A DNA stretch of 62,532 nucleotides, the filler included, from Globobulimina sp. (lineage: Eukaryota), in assembly GCA_003354225.1 (NCBI GenBank). It is 35 parts of 35 records of this genome, joined end to end, with 100 filler letters (N's around TTAATTAATTAA, not from the genome) between each part and the next. Parts side by side here need not be neighbours in the genome. Positions count along the whole stretch, not along the records: positions 37,593 to 39,281 come from PIVH01013087.1; positions 39,382 to 41,070 come from PIVH01013088.1; positions 41,171 to 42,859 come from PIVH01013089.1; positions 42,960 to 44,648 come from PIVH01013090.1; positions 44,749 to 46,437 come from PIVH01013091.1; positions 46,538 to 48,226 come from PIVH01013092.1; positions 48,327 to 50,015 come from PIVH01013093.1; positions 50,116 to 51,804 come from PIVH01013094.1; 27 more parts are not named here. The stretch is one strand, 5' to 3'. Shown in pieces: positions 37,962 to 50,187 of the stretch (position 1 is the first letter of the stretch; each line of letters starts with the position of its first letter). A program made the position numbers and the translations under genes. A model generated the notes under the pieces. It was given only the letters and a program-made list of their open reading frames with translations. It had not been told where the DNA came from and did no database searches.

Positions 37962-38924
37962 ATGGCGCAGAAAACACAAGCTATAATGTCTCGCATGACC
38001 GAGTGTATATCGCTTAGCCGTGATTCATTTGCAGATGGATTTACCAAACAAGTTATTTCAAAAATTGAACTGCGTAATCTGATCGAAAACACAAATTAAA
38101 AAACACAGAAAACAGCCAAATATGCGGCAGAGTTGATTGGAACTGCCTGGTTAGTATTATTAATCAAATTATCTGTCCCTAATTTCGAAAACCCATCGAT
38201 TACAATAGGTTTAGGTCTCGCATGCATCATATATACATATGGATATATATCAAAAGCTCACTATAACCCATCCATAACATTGGCATTTACCATTCGAAAC
38301 AGCGAGGAATGGCCAAGCTCGGATATTTGCCAAATTATAATGTATTATATCATGGAGTATGTGGGAGCTATCATTGGAGGACTACTTGGCTGGTTAATTG
38401 GCGGCAGAGAATCCGCATTGGTTTATCCCACAACGATCAGTGATGGCTCTTCAGCATCGATACTATTTCGAGCATTTATGGCTGAATTAATATTTACATT
38501 CATTTTAGCTGCTGTGATATTACATGTTGCCACTGATAAAAGACAAGCAAACAATCAATTTTATGGTGTGAGTATTGGTGGGACGGTTACTGCCTCGATT
38601 ATGTGCATTGGTAAAATCTCCGGCAGCTGTTTAAATTCTGCAGTATGGCTTGGCTGTGTAGTGCCTGCTTTATTGGTGTCTTTGGCGGATAATTCCGATA
38701 TTGATTTATCGGATGCGTGGATTTATTGGACTGCGCCGTTTATTGGCGCTGCATTATCTGCATTGATATTCAATTTGATATTTAGAGAAGCTGTTAGTTG
38801 TGCAGCTATTGATGGTGATGATAAGAAACCGGTACCTGAATCACCTCAATGTGTCAGCTCTTCATCGGTAACGCCTAATGATACTGCTATCAATGGAGTG
38901 AGTTGTAATGCAAATGAAACATAG
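37962..38924 (+). CDS. Aquaporin/MIP channel with NPS and NSA motifs; intron 38074-38115
   Basis: Spliced PKYAAELIGT; ISKAHYNPSIT, AELIFTF, ISGSCLNSA, WIYWTAPFIGA. Confidence 0.9.
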
Positions 38925-39381
38925 CGTTTTTTATAAACGAGTGTTTCACAGATTGAAGATGTTTTTGTTTTGTGTATTAATTTTATTATTGTTGTGTGAA
39001 TGTGAAAATCTTTGTAGTTCGTTTTTTGTTACACTTTACATTTTTATTCAACTTTTCTCCGTTCCACCCGCCCAACTGTTTTCTTTTTGTTGTTTTGTGT
39101 TTGTGTGTTTTTTATGGTTTAGGATGTATTTTGGTATCTATGGTGATACCAACTATTGTTTTTATGGTGTATTTAATAATTTAAAGTATTTGGTGAATCA
39201 AAAAAGATTCAATTTTTTTTTTCTTGCAATCTAAGAATCAATTAAAGATTCCACCTTATACTCAAGCAAGGAACACTAAATNNNNNNNNNNNNNNNNNNN
39301 NNNNNNNNNNNNNNNNNNNNNNNNNTTAATTAATTAANNNNNNNNNNNNNNNNNNNNNNNNNNNNNNNNNNNNNNNNNNNN

Positions 39382-39830
39382 TACAAAAGTTTTTATTTGA
39401 TGGTATTGAATATTTATCCATTGCTAATAATCAGTTTACGCGGTTAGATGAGGAAACATTTGGTCTGCCATTCGCTTTGAAGGAGGTTGATATTTCTAAT
39501 AATCCAATCCAGGGAGTTATTGATTTCAAGGCATGCAATGCTACTCTTGCAATGACAGAGGACTTTATTATGGCAGAATGTAAATCCGTAACAAGACTGG
39601 TAAACATACCCAATACATTACAATATCTTTACATTTTCAATTCAGGGATTACATCGCCAAATCAATTAGAACTTGTGAATGGAATGGGATTAACATCAAT
39701 TACAACCAATCGTAATCAAACAAAAGAGTGGGAAACGTTTTTGCGTCAAAATAACAGAGAATTGCCTGTCATACTAACAGAGAGTAGTTTAGATGCTGAT
39801 GAAGTAACTATTGATATTAATCTATGTTGA
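39382..39830 (+). CDS. LRR protein C-terminal fragment
   Basis: YLSIANNQF, LKEVDISNNPI, LQYLYIFNSGI. Confidence 0.55.
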
Positions 39831-40025
39831 TAACATTTGTTGTAATTGAACTTGTTTTTTATGAGTAATCACAGTAAATAAAAGCATCCGGTTTTCAGCG
39901 TCATATTTTTTTTTGGGCAACAGTCAAAGCAAACCGTTTCTGGTGGCCGACAAAGGTTCATTCTGATGTAAAACACCTCCCGCATTTCAACTAAAAAAAA
40001 CTTTAACAAACTCTTCTAAGTTGTA

Positions 40026-41002
40026 ATGGCCTGCTGGACAGGTTGTTGTAGCTGGATTGGTAAATTGAAAGTATATATATTAACAATACTGATATTAATA
40101 TTGACATTTACCATAGCTTTGACCACAACAATTCTTTCTGCGCAACAAGCTGGAAATCATGCAGATTTTCCGTGCGGCACTCCATTAAAAGAATGTGATT
40201 GGAAAAGAGATATTTGTGACAATGACATAATGACATTCGTGTCGCCATTTCGCTTCGACGTAAAAAGTGCGCTTTTGCCCGGCATAAACCAGTGTGGCTG
40301 GTCGCGAATGAATTCTTTGTTCAGAATCTCAGTCTGTTCAATAATTCTATTAAGTTGCTGCTGTTCCTTTGTATTTGTAACCTGTCTCAAAGTATATAAT
40401 GGAGCGCATAAATGTGAATGGAAGACCCTGACCATTGTATATTTATTATTATTATGCTTAATATTCACCGCATTGGTATACCACTTACATAATACATACG
40501 TTTCTATACACATTGCCTTCGCATTGTCACCGTGTAAAAGGTGTTGGACTGTCAGTCCCTACGCAATGGATATCAATCCTGCAAGAATCACTTTGAAATC
40601 TTCAATCAACCGATATTCAGCCAATATACCATCGATAATTGCTATCTTAGCCCTTATATTTATGTCATTATTTGTGATATTGGCACTGTGCTATTCTGTG
40701 CATTTACGTTTTTGTTGCATCGGTTGGTGCCTTTCAGCGCCAGTTATGGCACTGAAAAAGATGATGATTATATGTCGATAAATAGTGTGGACGGCGACGA
40801 GAATTCGAAAATCGTCGTGAAGGATACTGAGATATCCGGGAGTTACAATGCAATGGCAACAGAGGAGAAGGCGCCAATAGCAGATGCGCCACGGGATGGC
40901 GGTGCCGCCACTCCCACAGACTCTTCGGGCGTTGGCCACATGGGGAGCTCTTGGCGAGAAGCGACGACGAACCTCTTGAGCGGAATTCCAAGGACCTCAT
41001 AG
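40026..41002 (+). CDS. About 4-TM Cys-rich membrane protein; intron 40476-40540
   Basis: A 65-bp GT-AG intron joins TAL-VLDCQ in frame; hydrophobic helices. Confidence 0.65.
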
Positions 41003-41170
41003 GCATATCTTGAACAAGTGAAACCAACTGTTTTCCCGAAAATCAGGATTATCACGGCGTTTTCGAGTTCNNNNNNNNNNNNNNNNNNNNNNNNNNNNNN
41101 NNNNNNNNNNNNNNTTAATTAATTAANNNNNNNNNNNNNNNNNNNNNNNNNNNNNNNNNNNNNNNNNNNN

Positions 41171-41760
41171 CTCCTTTTGTTTTTATTATGTTTACAAATA
41201 CCACCACCTTTGCACGCTTTACAAAAATGCTTATTTATGCCATGTTGGCATATACCAACTCCTCCACATTCCTTACATTTACTTTTTTGTTTTTATGTCG
41301 ACATAAAGCATTCCCACCACACTCTTTGCAGCTTCTTCGTTGTATACCATGTTGGCAGAATGCAGCGCCACCACAATCCTTGCAAAAATATCTATTTTTG
41401 CCATGCGAACATACGCCACTTCCGCCACAATCCTTACACGTCGACCTTTGCCGTTCATGTTCACATAAATTACTCCCACCACATTCCCTGCACAGTACTC
41501 TTTGTTTACCATGTTTACATTTTTTTGATTGATGGAAACAAATTTTACATTTTCCCTGATTATTATAAAATTCTTTAATGGATTTACGTTGATGACATGC
41601 GTTAAATTACATGTTTTGTATTGTTCTATGGATAGCAATATTGTTAAAATCATTATTTTTAGATAAAAAGAGCTAATATCTTCTTTTTTGCATTCCATGT
41701 TCACATTTTGATGCTTGATAGCAACATTTTGCACATTTCTTCACTTGGACCTTATTTTGA
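41171..41760 (-). pseudogene. Cys/His-rich tandem repeat protein (CxHxxxRxxCxxCGG), frameshifted
   Basis: Unlisted minus frame reads CKHGKQRVLCRECGGSNLCEHERQRSTCKDCGGSGVCSHGKNRYFCKDCGG; frameshifts near 41285 and 41605. Confidence 0.75.
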
Positions 41761-42063
41761 ATTTAGTAAAGTAGGATTGCCTGGATTGGCTAATCGAGGA
41801 TAATGAAAATAGACATACCATCACGAATATTGCATTTTATGCAAAATAACTTTTACTACCAATCTTAGAATATTTTTCTGTTGGTTTGAGTATATTATCG
41901 ATCATTCTCGATTCTAGCTATTTTTGAAAACTTTAATTCTAACTCACATCTTTCCTTCCTTTCACCATCCTCCCTTCTCAGGTACGGTCTGTGTTATGTA
42001 TCAATTCATTTTTCGGTTTATTTCAACCGTACTCGATACTAAACACAAAATACCACGAACGAG

Positions 42064-42172
42064 CACCATCGCCCAATTCGCCACCATCGCCACGTCGACC
42101 AATTCCACCACGTAACAATCAACAATGACCAATTCGCCAATTCGCCACCATTCGCCACGTCGACCAATTCCA
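42064..42172. repeat. Degenerate CCAATTCGCCACC repeats
   Basis: Multiple caattcgcc and gccacgtcgaccaattcca copies. Confidence 0.6.
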
Positions 42173-42668
42173 ATCATTTTACAATTAGCTCGCAACGGGT
42201 ATTGACGGCACATATTAAAGCAAAAGCGACCAACAATGAACAATGTAAATAATTTAAACAATTTCGCCGTGGTTAAACCACAACATCAGGCATAATAACA
42301 CAGCAATTCAAGCGAGGTCATTTATCCTTGCACGACAATCGCCGCCTTAATGTATACCATCGTATGACAAAGCTCATGCAGTTACACCTGAACCCGTTTA
42401 TCGGTTGCATTCATTGTACTGCTTTGTAGCGAGCTCTACGTTGTGTTTTGAGTGCGTGCGACCCCCTGTCGCTTGGTGATGACTCTCCTTAATTGCATGC
42501 CGAAATGTCACCAATTTAAGGGGCCATGTACTGCGCAACTCATCAGTACAACCCTCACATCGACCTGCCTCGAGTTACACTCTGATATAGTGAGCTCCCG
42601 TGATATTTTTAGTAAATTCTATCATATTCCATGCAAATTTTTCAATCTCAATCATATCCAATCTCCAA

Positions 42669-42757
42669 TCTCAATCACTCAACATTCAACATTCAAAAAT
42701 CAACATTCAACACTCAATCACTCAAAAACCTCACTCAATCACTCAAAAACCTCAAAA
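42669..42757. repeat. Short tandem repeats (ACTCAATCACTCAAAAACCTC x2, CAACATT)
   Basis: Direct repeats visible in the sequence. Confidence 0.6.
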
Positions 42758-42959
42758 ACAAGGACTGCGATCACCAATCTCGTAAAAAATGGACGCGAAG
42801 ATAACATGGAGACAAGCATGCCATGGCAAAAAAGCAAATTGGTCGGCTGCCAAAGCGAANNNNNNNNNNNNNNNNNNNNNNNNNNNNNNNNNNNNNNNNN
42901 NNNTTAATTAATTAANNNNNNNNNNNNNNNNNNNNNNNNNNNNNNNNNNNNNNNNNNNN

Positions 42960-43632
42960 GAAATCAAAACTTGACCGATTGAAATTCGTACCACAGGATG
43001 TAAGAGAGTGTGTGTTTGGATATATTCATGAAGCACAATGTTTATTGCCAACCAATAATTCATATTACAATATACCTTCATTAGCTATATACATTTGTAT
43101 TGATTATTTTTATGATGAAGAACACTTTGATGTTAAACATGGTGAAAATATGACATTAAATGATACAAAAGATATTGTATCAAAACATAAATCAGGAACG
43201 TATGATAACATATACGGTGTAATAACAACAGATGCTGAGATTGATTGTATTTATAAATGGGAGTTAAAAATAATTGAGAATGGAATGATTGGCATTGGAA
43301 TGTGTCATATCGATGATGGGTGCAAATACAATGAATGTTATATGGATGGAAACGATTGTGTTGCATATTGGACTGGAGGTACCATTGAAGGACCGGGATT
43401 TGTATTCGCTGAAAATTCAGGATGCAAATTCAAAACGAATGATATTTTAACCATGGAAATCAATACGAAACAACAAACATTAAAATTCTGTACAAATGAT
43501 ATCGATCTTGGTATTGTTGAATTTAAAGAGAACAATTATGTTATTGACTGGACCAAATCCTACAATTTAGCAGTATCAATTTATAAAAATGGAAAGGTTC
43601 AATTAGTATCTTTCATGCAAGCATTTCTATAA
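42960..43632 (+). CDS. B30.2/SPRY-like domain protein, 5' partial
   Basis: VFGYIH..NIP.LAIYIC..YF leader; YKWELKI..IGIG..FKTNDILTMEINTK..TLKF. Confidence 0.65.
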
Positions 43633-43840
43633 CTTTACCCGATTTAATTTTTTTTGAAAGCATTTACTTTTATCTTTTATGTTTGGTGGTTTGTTTCGAT
43701 GTAAATTACTGTAAAGAGTAGTCAGTTTAGAACCCAAAGGATAAAATAAAACTTTTGGTAAGTAGGATATGCAAAATCTTCTTAGCTTCGTAAACTGAAT
43801 GAGCATTGTAGAGACAGTGAGATATATCTCCAGATAGATT

Positions 43841-44275
43841 ATGGTTTCATCGAGCATTATCGATCCAAATCAACCGTTGTTTGCCTCTCAAATTAGCAAT
43901 GATTTCATTCGGTTGTTTGTTATTATCATTTTGATGGTATTGTTGATCGTAATTGTAATATGCTGTTGTTGTATTTTGATTTTATCCACTGATCCTAAAT
44001 TAAAACAATTGAAATCAAACGTATTCAATACTTTCAAGCGTCATCATAATAAAGAATCTGAAAATGGAAATATTAATGCAACGAACGTATCAGTATCACA
44101 AACAGTAAAATTTGAAGTTCGACAAAGAAATAAATCTCTATTTAAAAATAATTCAATTGAAAATAAAGATAAAAACGAAAATGAAATTAACAGTTTGGAA
44201 TTGCAAAGCTTAAAAACGAATAAAATTGATATCGGAAATCAAGCAATTGCTCCGATCACAGATGATGAACAATAA
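43841..44275 (+). CDS. Single-pass membrane hypothetical protein
   Basis: Hydrophobic helix with a CCCC juxtamembrane cluster. Confidence 0.5.
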   Translation: MVSSSIIDPNQPLFASQISNDFIRLFVIIILMVLLIVIVICCCCILILSTDPKLKQLKSNVFNTFKRHHNKESENGNINATNVSVSQTVKFEVRQRNKSLFKNNSIENKDKNENEINSLELQSLKTNKIDIGNQAIAPITDDEQ

Positions 44276-44748
44276 AAGGCAGTGATGAATACAAAAATGA
44301 AGGCGTTGATGATTTTTATGGATGACAAAAAAAATAACTTTTCTCAAACAAAAAATTATTTTTATAAAACCTCAAATTGGTGAAAATGTAATAATTGTTT
44401 ATACCATCACTCCGTGTGACGATTTTTTTTTGGCAACCAATTGGTAGGCTAATTATTTATGTGCTGTTTGAAGGGGGCGTTTCTGTAAACGCGCCCTGCA
44501 AAAAAACAGAGAGATGGCTCGTTTATGTTAAATATAACCTGCTATAAATAGGGCTCTCCGATTAGTACTGATTTTTTGAAAAACTTTTCGAACACCTCTC
44601 ATTTCTTCGTTCAGTTCGAAAAGTCAGCAGCATGACAAAAAGAAAAGGNNNNNNNNNNNNNNNNNNNNNNNNNNNNNNNNNNNNNNNNNNNNTTAATTAA
44701 TTAANNNNNNNNNNNNNNNNNNNNNNNNNNNNNNNNNNNNNNNNNNNN

Positions 44749-46381
44749 TGTTTCCTGTGGCAATGTGGGTGTAATATCATTGTGTACGGCGGGAGGGATA
44801 CATGGGACAGATAAAGGTACGGGTTTTTCATCAACAATTTGCGCTGGAATTACACCTAAATTATGCGTCTTTGCGCGTGGTATGTCCTCCCTATGCGATG
44901 GCATTGGTATATTGTACTCGCTTCTCGCCGGTGGGGGCATGCACGGTGCAGTTGGGACCATTGCTTGTGCGGAAATTTTGAGTTTGGAATTGAACCTAGG
45001 TTCATTTGGTAGGGATGGAAGGCGTGGGATGTTCGTAGGTCGTGGTGGCGGTAGAATGCGATTTGAATTTGAAAGTATTTTGGGCTGCATTGCTGATGAA
45101 AAACGCTTTGTTTTGGGCATTACCTCAGTTGGTAGACATGGCGCAGTGTCGCTGTGTGTGGGCATGGTCGGTGCAGGTAACGATGGCGTGATGTGTACAG
45201 CAGCGGGCATAGTGGGTAGGTGGTGCAATTTGGGTGCGGTGCGGCTGTGTGTTGGTGGTGGTAATGGTAGTGAGGGTTTTTGTGGTTGGTGTGGCTGGGA
45301 TGGAGGCAATGAGGGTGGAAAGGAAGGAGTGTGGCTGATTATGGGTGGAGGCAATGGTGGCGATTGCGGGAGCGATGGTTGTTGAGGGATAGATGGAGGG
45401 AGTGGTGGTGGGGGAGAAGGGTTGGTAGGTACAGACGGCACGGATATGGGGATATGTTGGAGTTGACTGGCTATTAATTCCGGAGTGGGTTCGCGAGGCA
45501 TGGCTGGTGGCGATATTCCGTCATCATCGCTTGGGAGTGGTTCTGCGGACCGTTCTTGTGGAAATTCAGGAGCTTCGGGCGAGTCTTCGTAGACTGGGTC
45601 TGGCGGAGGTTTGTGGATACCTGTTATATGCAAATTATTTCCAGTTTCAAACTGGATGAAATGGGAAAGTCCGATTTCAAACTGATTTTTTTTTCTGCAG
45701 AATTGGAATATTTTGTTTCAAATTTTGAGAATCAGTTTCAAACTGAATTGGGGTGATGCAGTACCTAGAAATTGTCGCGCATTGCTACACAAAGTGTATA
45801 TTTGTTGAATATCGGGAGCTTTCCTTAACAATCCGGTATTTTCTAAATAGTTCATGGTGGTTTTCAGATAAGATTTGGTCAAATCGACGTGTTTCTGCAT
45901 GCCCTCAATTTCATCCTTATAATTATCAATTTGTCGGTATAATAATCGAATTTGTTGCTTGCTGACCGACGACACATCGCTTCCATTCATGTTATTCCCT
46001 CCGGAAATGGACAACATTTTCAACTCGTTTTCCTGTATTTTCCTTTTCAAATTCTTAATGCCAGTCCCTCGTTTCTCGTAATTTATTTTCAATTTTGTAA
46101 ATTGGCTATGTAACTTTTGATATTTATGCTTCAAATTGCTATGTCCGTCCTTTTCCTCTGCCAACTCGCGCGATAAATCGTCGATAGTTTCGCCCGCATT
46201 CACGGAGATTTGTTCGTTGCGTGTCTCTAAAGTCTGGATCTCGATCCTTTGCCTCTCGCGCAATTGTTGTAAATGCCGAACATCGGACACACTGCGTTCT
46301 AACTGCTCTTGTAACACTACGCATTCTTCCTGGTACTTGCTCTTAGATTGCATATGACATCTTTTCTGATGGTGTAAATCC
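44749..46381 (-). CDS. Coiled-coil plus proline-rich protein (partial); intron 45621-45764
   Basis: The intron joins QFL-G-IHKPPP in frame. Confidence 0.7.
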
Positions 46382-46537
46382 CTAAAAAAATAAAATGTTT
46401 TTCAGCGAATTTGCGTCCATTTATAATATACTTATCCNNNNNNNNNNNNNNNNNNNNNNNNNNNNNNNNNNNNNNNNNNNNTTAATTAATTAANNNNNNN
46501 NNNNNNNNNNNNNNNNNNNNNNNNNNNNNNNNNNNNN

Positions 46538-48226
46538 TCTCTTGGCAGATGTTGCTGCTTTTTAGTTTTTCAATGTCCAATTTCTGTAAATGATTATCGC
46601 GGAATTGCATCATCATCATAACGTGCAATTTGGTCTCGTTGAATTTATCACGGATCACTCTCTCTGCGCATTCATAGTCATCCTGAGCTGCGTTGGATTC
46701 CTTCTTTGCGCGCGCCAATGATGGCAATTCGCGCTTAAATAAGGAGCGTTCCTGCGCAATTAATCTAAAATATAAATAAATAATAAAATAAAATAATTAA
46801 TACATGCAGTACATACCGAATCAACTCCTCCTTTTTGGTCCGCAACGCATCCACCTCATTGCTCAAATCTTCCTTACTCCGCCGCAGCTCATCCATCTCG
46901 GTACGATGCTTTTTCTGCGCTTGTTCCAGCCGCATCGACAATATCTTTATGTAGTCGTCGAAGGTGGAATAATCGTCAATGTACGTATCCAGCACTGCCG
47001 TCTGATAAATATCCACGATCTCGTCCTTCTCCTCGTCCTTATCGCAATAATACACAATCAACGGTGCTTCGCCTCGCATCCCCGCCTCAATCTTTTGCCG
47101 ATCCGACGCCGATTTAAAAAACTGCGTCACAAAATGGCCAGAACTAAAGCCGCGAGAATGCCGCATCGACAAATTGCCACTCAAGCTCTTGCGCGACAGC
47201 CTACTCTTACTCCCCCGCCGCATCTTGAAATTCTGCAAATCATTCTGCGATTTGGCCACAATGCGCTGCACAATCGAACTGGCCCTCCGCTTATGGAACA
47301 ATGTCCGATCCGCATCGCCGACAAAGTCTTCCAACGCATGTCCCGCCATAGTGACCCGGCCGGTTTTCGCCACCCCGACTCCGCCGATATCACCTACGAA
47401 TTCCAAGCGCTCTGCAATGCGATTGGTGGATAACTGCGAGCGATGTGTCATCATTATATTGCGCTCCATCTCCTCCTCTGAGTCCGTATATTCCTCCGCA
47501 TCCGAATCGGTCGTCAAATCGCCATCATCGTCAGTGTGATTCTGGCGAATACCAATCATCTCATTCGCTTCCATAATCCCATGCTCTAACTGCTCACTGA
47601 TGACCCCCGACATCACGTCGTGCATCGCTTCCTTTTGCATGCGCCGTTTGTCATACTTTTGTTTGCGAGCCATACGAATCTTGGCCTGTTCCTGGTTTCG
47701 AGCCTTGCCGAGTGTCATAGTCTTCTTGGTGTAGTTTTTGATTTTCTGCGCCAACATTTCTTTCTTCTTCCCGCGGTACACTCGAATGAACTTCTTACCG
47801 TCCTTAATCACGTACGATTGTCCTAATTCGAGCTTAGACTGAACGCGCAAATGCCGTCTCTTAGCCGATGAAATCTCATCCGATATTTCCGTTTCGCTGC
47901 GCATTTCTCGCCCATTATTTGGATTAAAGTCCATAATGTTTGGATCTTGAATCAAATGCATTGGGATAAAGCCTCCATTTTGCTTCAGCACTGCGCTGAT
48001 TTTAGCCACCAACTGAGTCACTGCGACATCCGCAACGTTGGAGCTATGCAATTTTATCTTGAGAAATGCGCCCAAATCGCTGGCATGCACAAGAGCATCA
48101 CCATCAATTTTATATTCGTACAATGCCGCAGCAATACTAGCATTACAATCAATATCAAGACCATGAATCCAATACATGAGCTCCACACAATCCATATACA
48201 ATACATGCTTACAAATCCGTTTAATT
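46538..48226 (-). CDS. Hypothetical protein with N-terminal SAM-like region and coiled coil (partial); intron 46765-46816
   Basis: ELMYWI..ALYEYKIDGDAL; the intron joins ELI-R-LIAQE in frame. Confidence 0.65.
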
Positions 48227-48326
48227 NNNNNNNNNNNNNNNNNNNNNNNNNNNNNNNNNNNNNNNNNNNNTTAATTAATTAANNNNNNNNNNNNNNNNNN
48301 NNNNNNNNNNNNNNNNNNNNNNNNNN

Positions 48327-49528
48327 TGACTTAACAAGTTTTGTGTCATTTCGATATAATGTCCATGGCGGCAATAATAGCAAAATGGTGGTAAGTGGTG
48401 GTGGTGTCAATAATGTATTTAATATGAATACAAATACACGCAATAATATATCGCAATGCGTGACCTCACTGCAAACCGGTCCATTGCAGTCCTCCTATGC
48501 CAGATTGGTACATGACACATCCACGGGACATATACAAGTCAGACAACCAGGTTATACAGAATTACATACAGCAAATTACTGAAAAGAGTTCAGATCAGCT
48601 ATGGCTATGTTTAATTTTTCAACGTCAGAACGTTTTCTATCTAAAAATCAAACATAGTCATACATCTTAACTGATTTTCATTCGCTGTTTTTTTCTGTGA
48701 AACTCATGAAAACAACACAATGTTGGCTGAAATGACAAGTTTCGTATATTGTATATTAACACAGGTGTTAGTAAATTGTCATCAATTACAAGATTGGCAC
48801 AAAAGCTAGGTCAGAATCACGCGATTGATCATATATTATGCATTGCTAATTTCTTATCGTTCGATGAAGAGATATTTGTTTATTTGAATGGATTACAAAA
48901 AGATGACAATAATTATGACAGCCATGGACTAAAACGTGTTCTTTCCGCCAATTCATTGGCAAAAATGTACCCATCGACGGATGTGGACCAAATGAAATAT
49001 TCGTCATCAAAGCATCAAACAACGTTATTATCAGAGCATTGCATTGTGGACACAATAAAAGTTGGTAGATTTGCGACGCGGGCAAAACATTACGTGAATG
49101 CCCCCAAAAAAGTGGAAGATATTTTATATAAATTATCAGAAACATTAATGAATGAAAGTGAACAGTTACAGGTGTCATCGCCGGTGGGTTGCGATCGCGA
49201 TCGGAGTTTAAGACAGGTTCAGAATTGGAGCGTTTCTTCAAATTTATCCATGTTAAATGATGATGGTACATTTGGGGCGGAATCACCTTCAAATATTAAC
49301 ATTGCTATTAATAATTATGATACACCGCCAAAAGGCGGGGACAAATTGTTTAGTTCAATGCATTCTGTACCAATCCCGCCGACAGCGCCCGGCGATGAGG
49401 AAAGCAGTGAGTATGGATCTTTTGATGATGAGGACACATTAAAATCAAAAAATAAACAAAAAACAAATGTAATTAATGTAAATGTAAATGTAGAGCTAAA
49501 TGATATCCAAACTATTGATATTGATTGA
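48327..49528 (+). CDS. Trehalose-6-phosphate synthase/phosphatase, C-terminal TPP-like domain (5' partial); intron 48551-48764
   Basis: Spliced LQTGP..IQVRQPGVSK..IDHILCIANFLSFDEEIF..IKVG..TRAKHYV..V..IL. Confidence 0.7.
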
Positions 49529-50187
49529 TATTATATAGCTGGCGAGTTTTACTTGCACTAATTTTATATTATAGTAGTCTTTTGAGTTCACGCACGATTT
49601 TATTGACTTAACGATCTATTCCATTCGATAACTGTCAGAGCCATATTTTCTTAATTCACAATAATGAATTTGTAGCACATCCTGTTCAAAAACTGCATTT
49701 ATAATTTGTTTGGCAAGTTTTGTTAATCATTTTAATGGTTTACATGTTGATCGATATGTTTGGTGATAATTGATCCTCCATTAAAGCTTTAATAAATACA
49801 CGCATTGGGTCAAAATTCATAATATTTACTTTTGAAAAAGCCTCGATTTTCACAAAATTGAATCCACAAATACATGCTCGCAGATATTACAGGCGTCATT
49901 TGGTGTATATATTGGACGAAGCTGTCATTCTCAAGATGTTTTGTACTAGCTATAGGGTAGATACTCTTGCCTGTATTTTAGTATTCTCGTAGCATTCTCT
50001 GTTTTTTTTTAAAAANNNNNNNNNNNNNNNNNNNNNNNNNNNNNNNNNNNNNNNNNNNNTTAATTAATTAANNNNNNNNNNNNNNNNNNNNNNNNNNNNN
50101 NNNNNNNNNNNNNNNTTACCAAAGTTTTTCTTGTTAGTGCAGTTTTTATTTTCATCACACTTAACTTTCTAACATTCCATAAACATC

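Noticed and set aside
38908-39234. Hydrophobic 108-aa ORF after the aquaporin
   Set aside because: T-rich 3' UTR/intergenic sequence gives spurious F/L/C-rich translations
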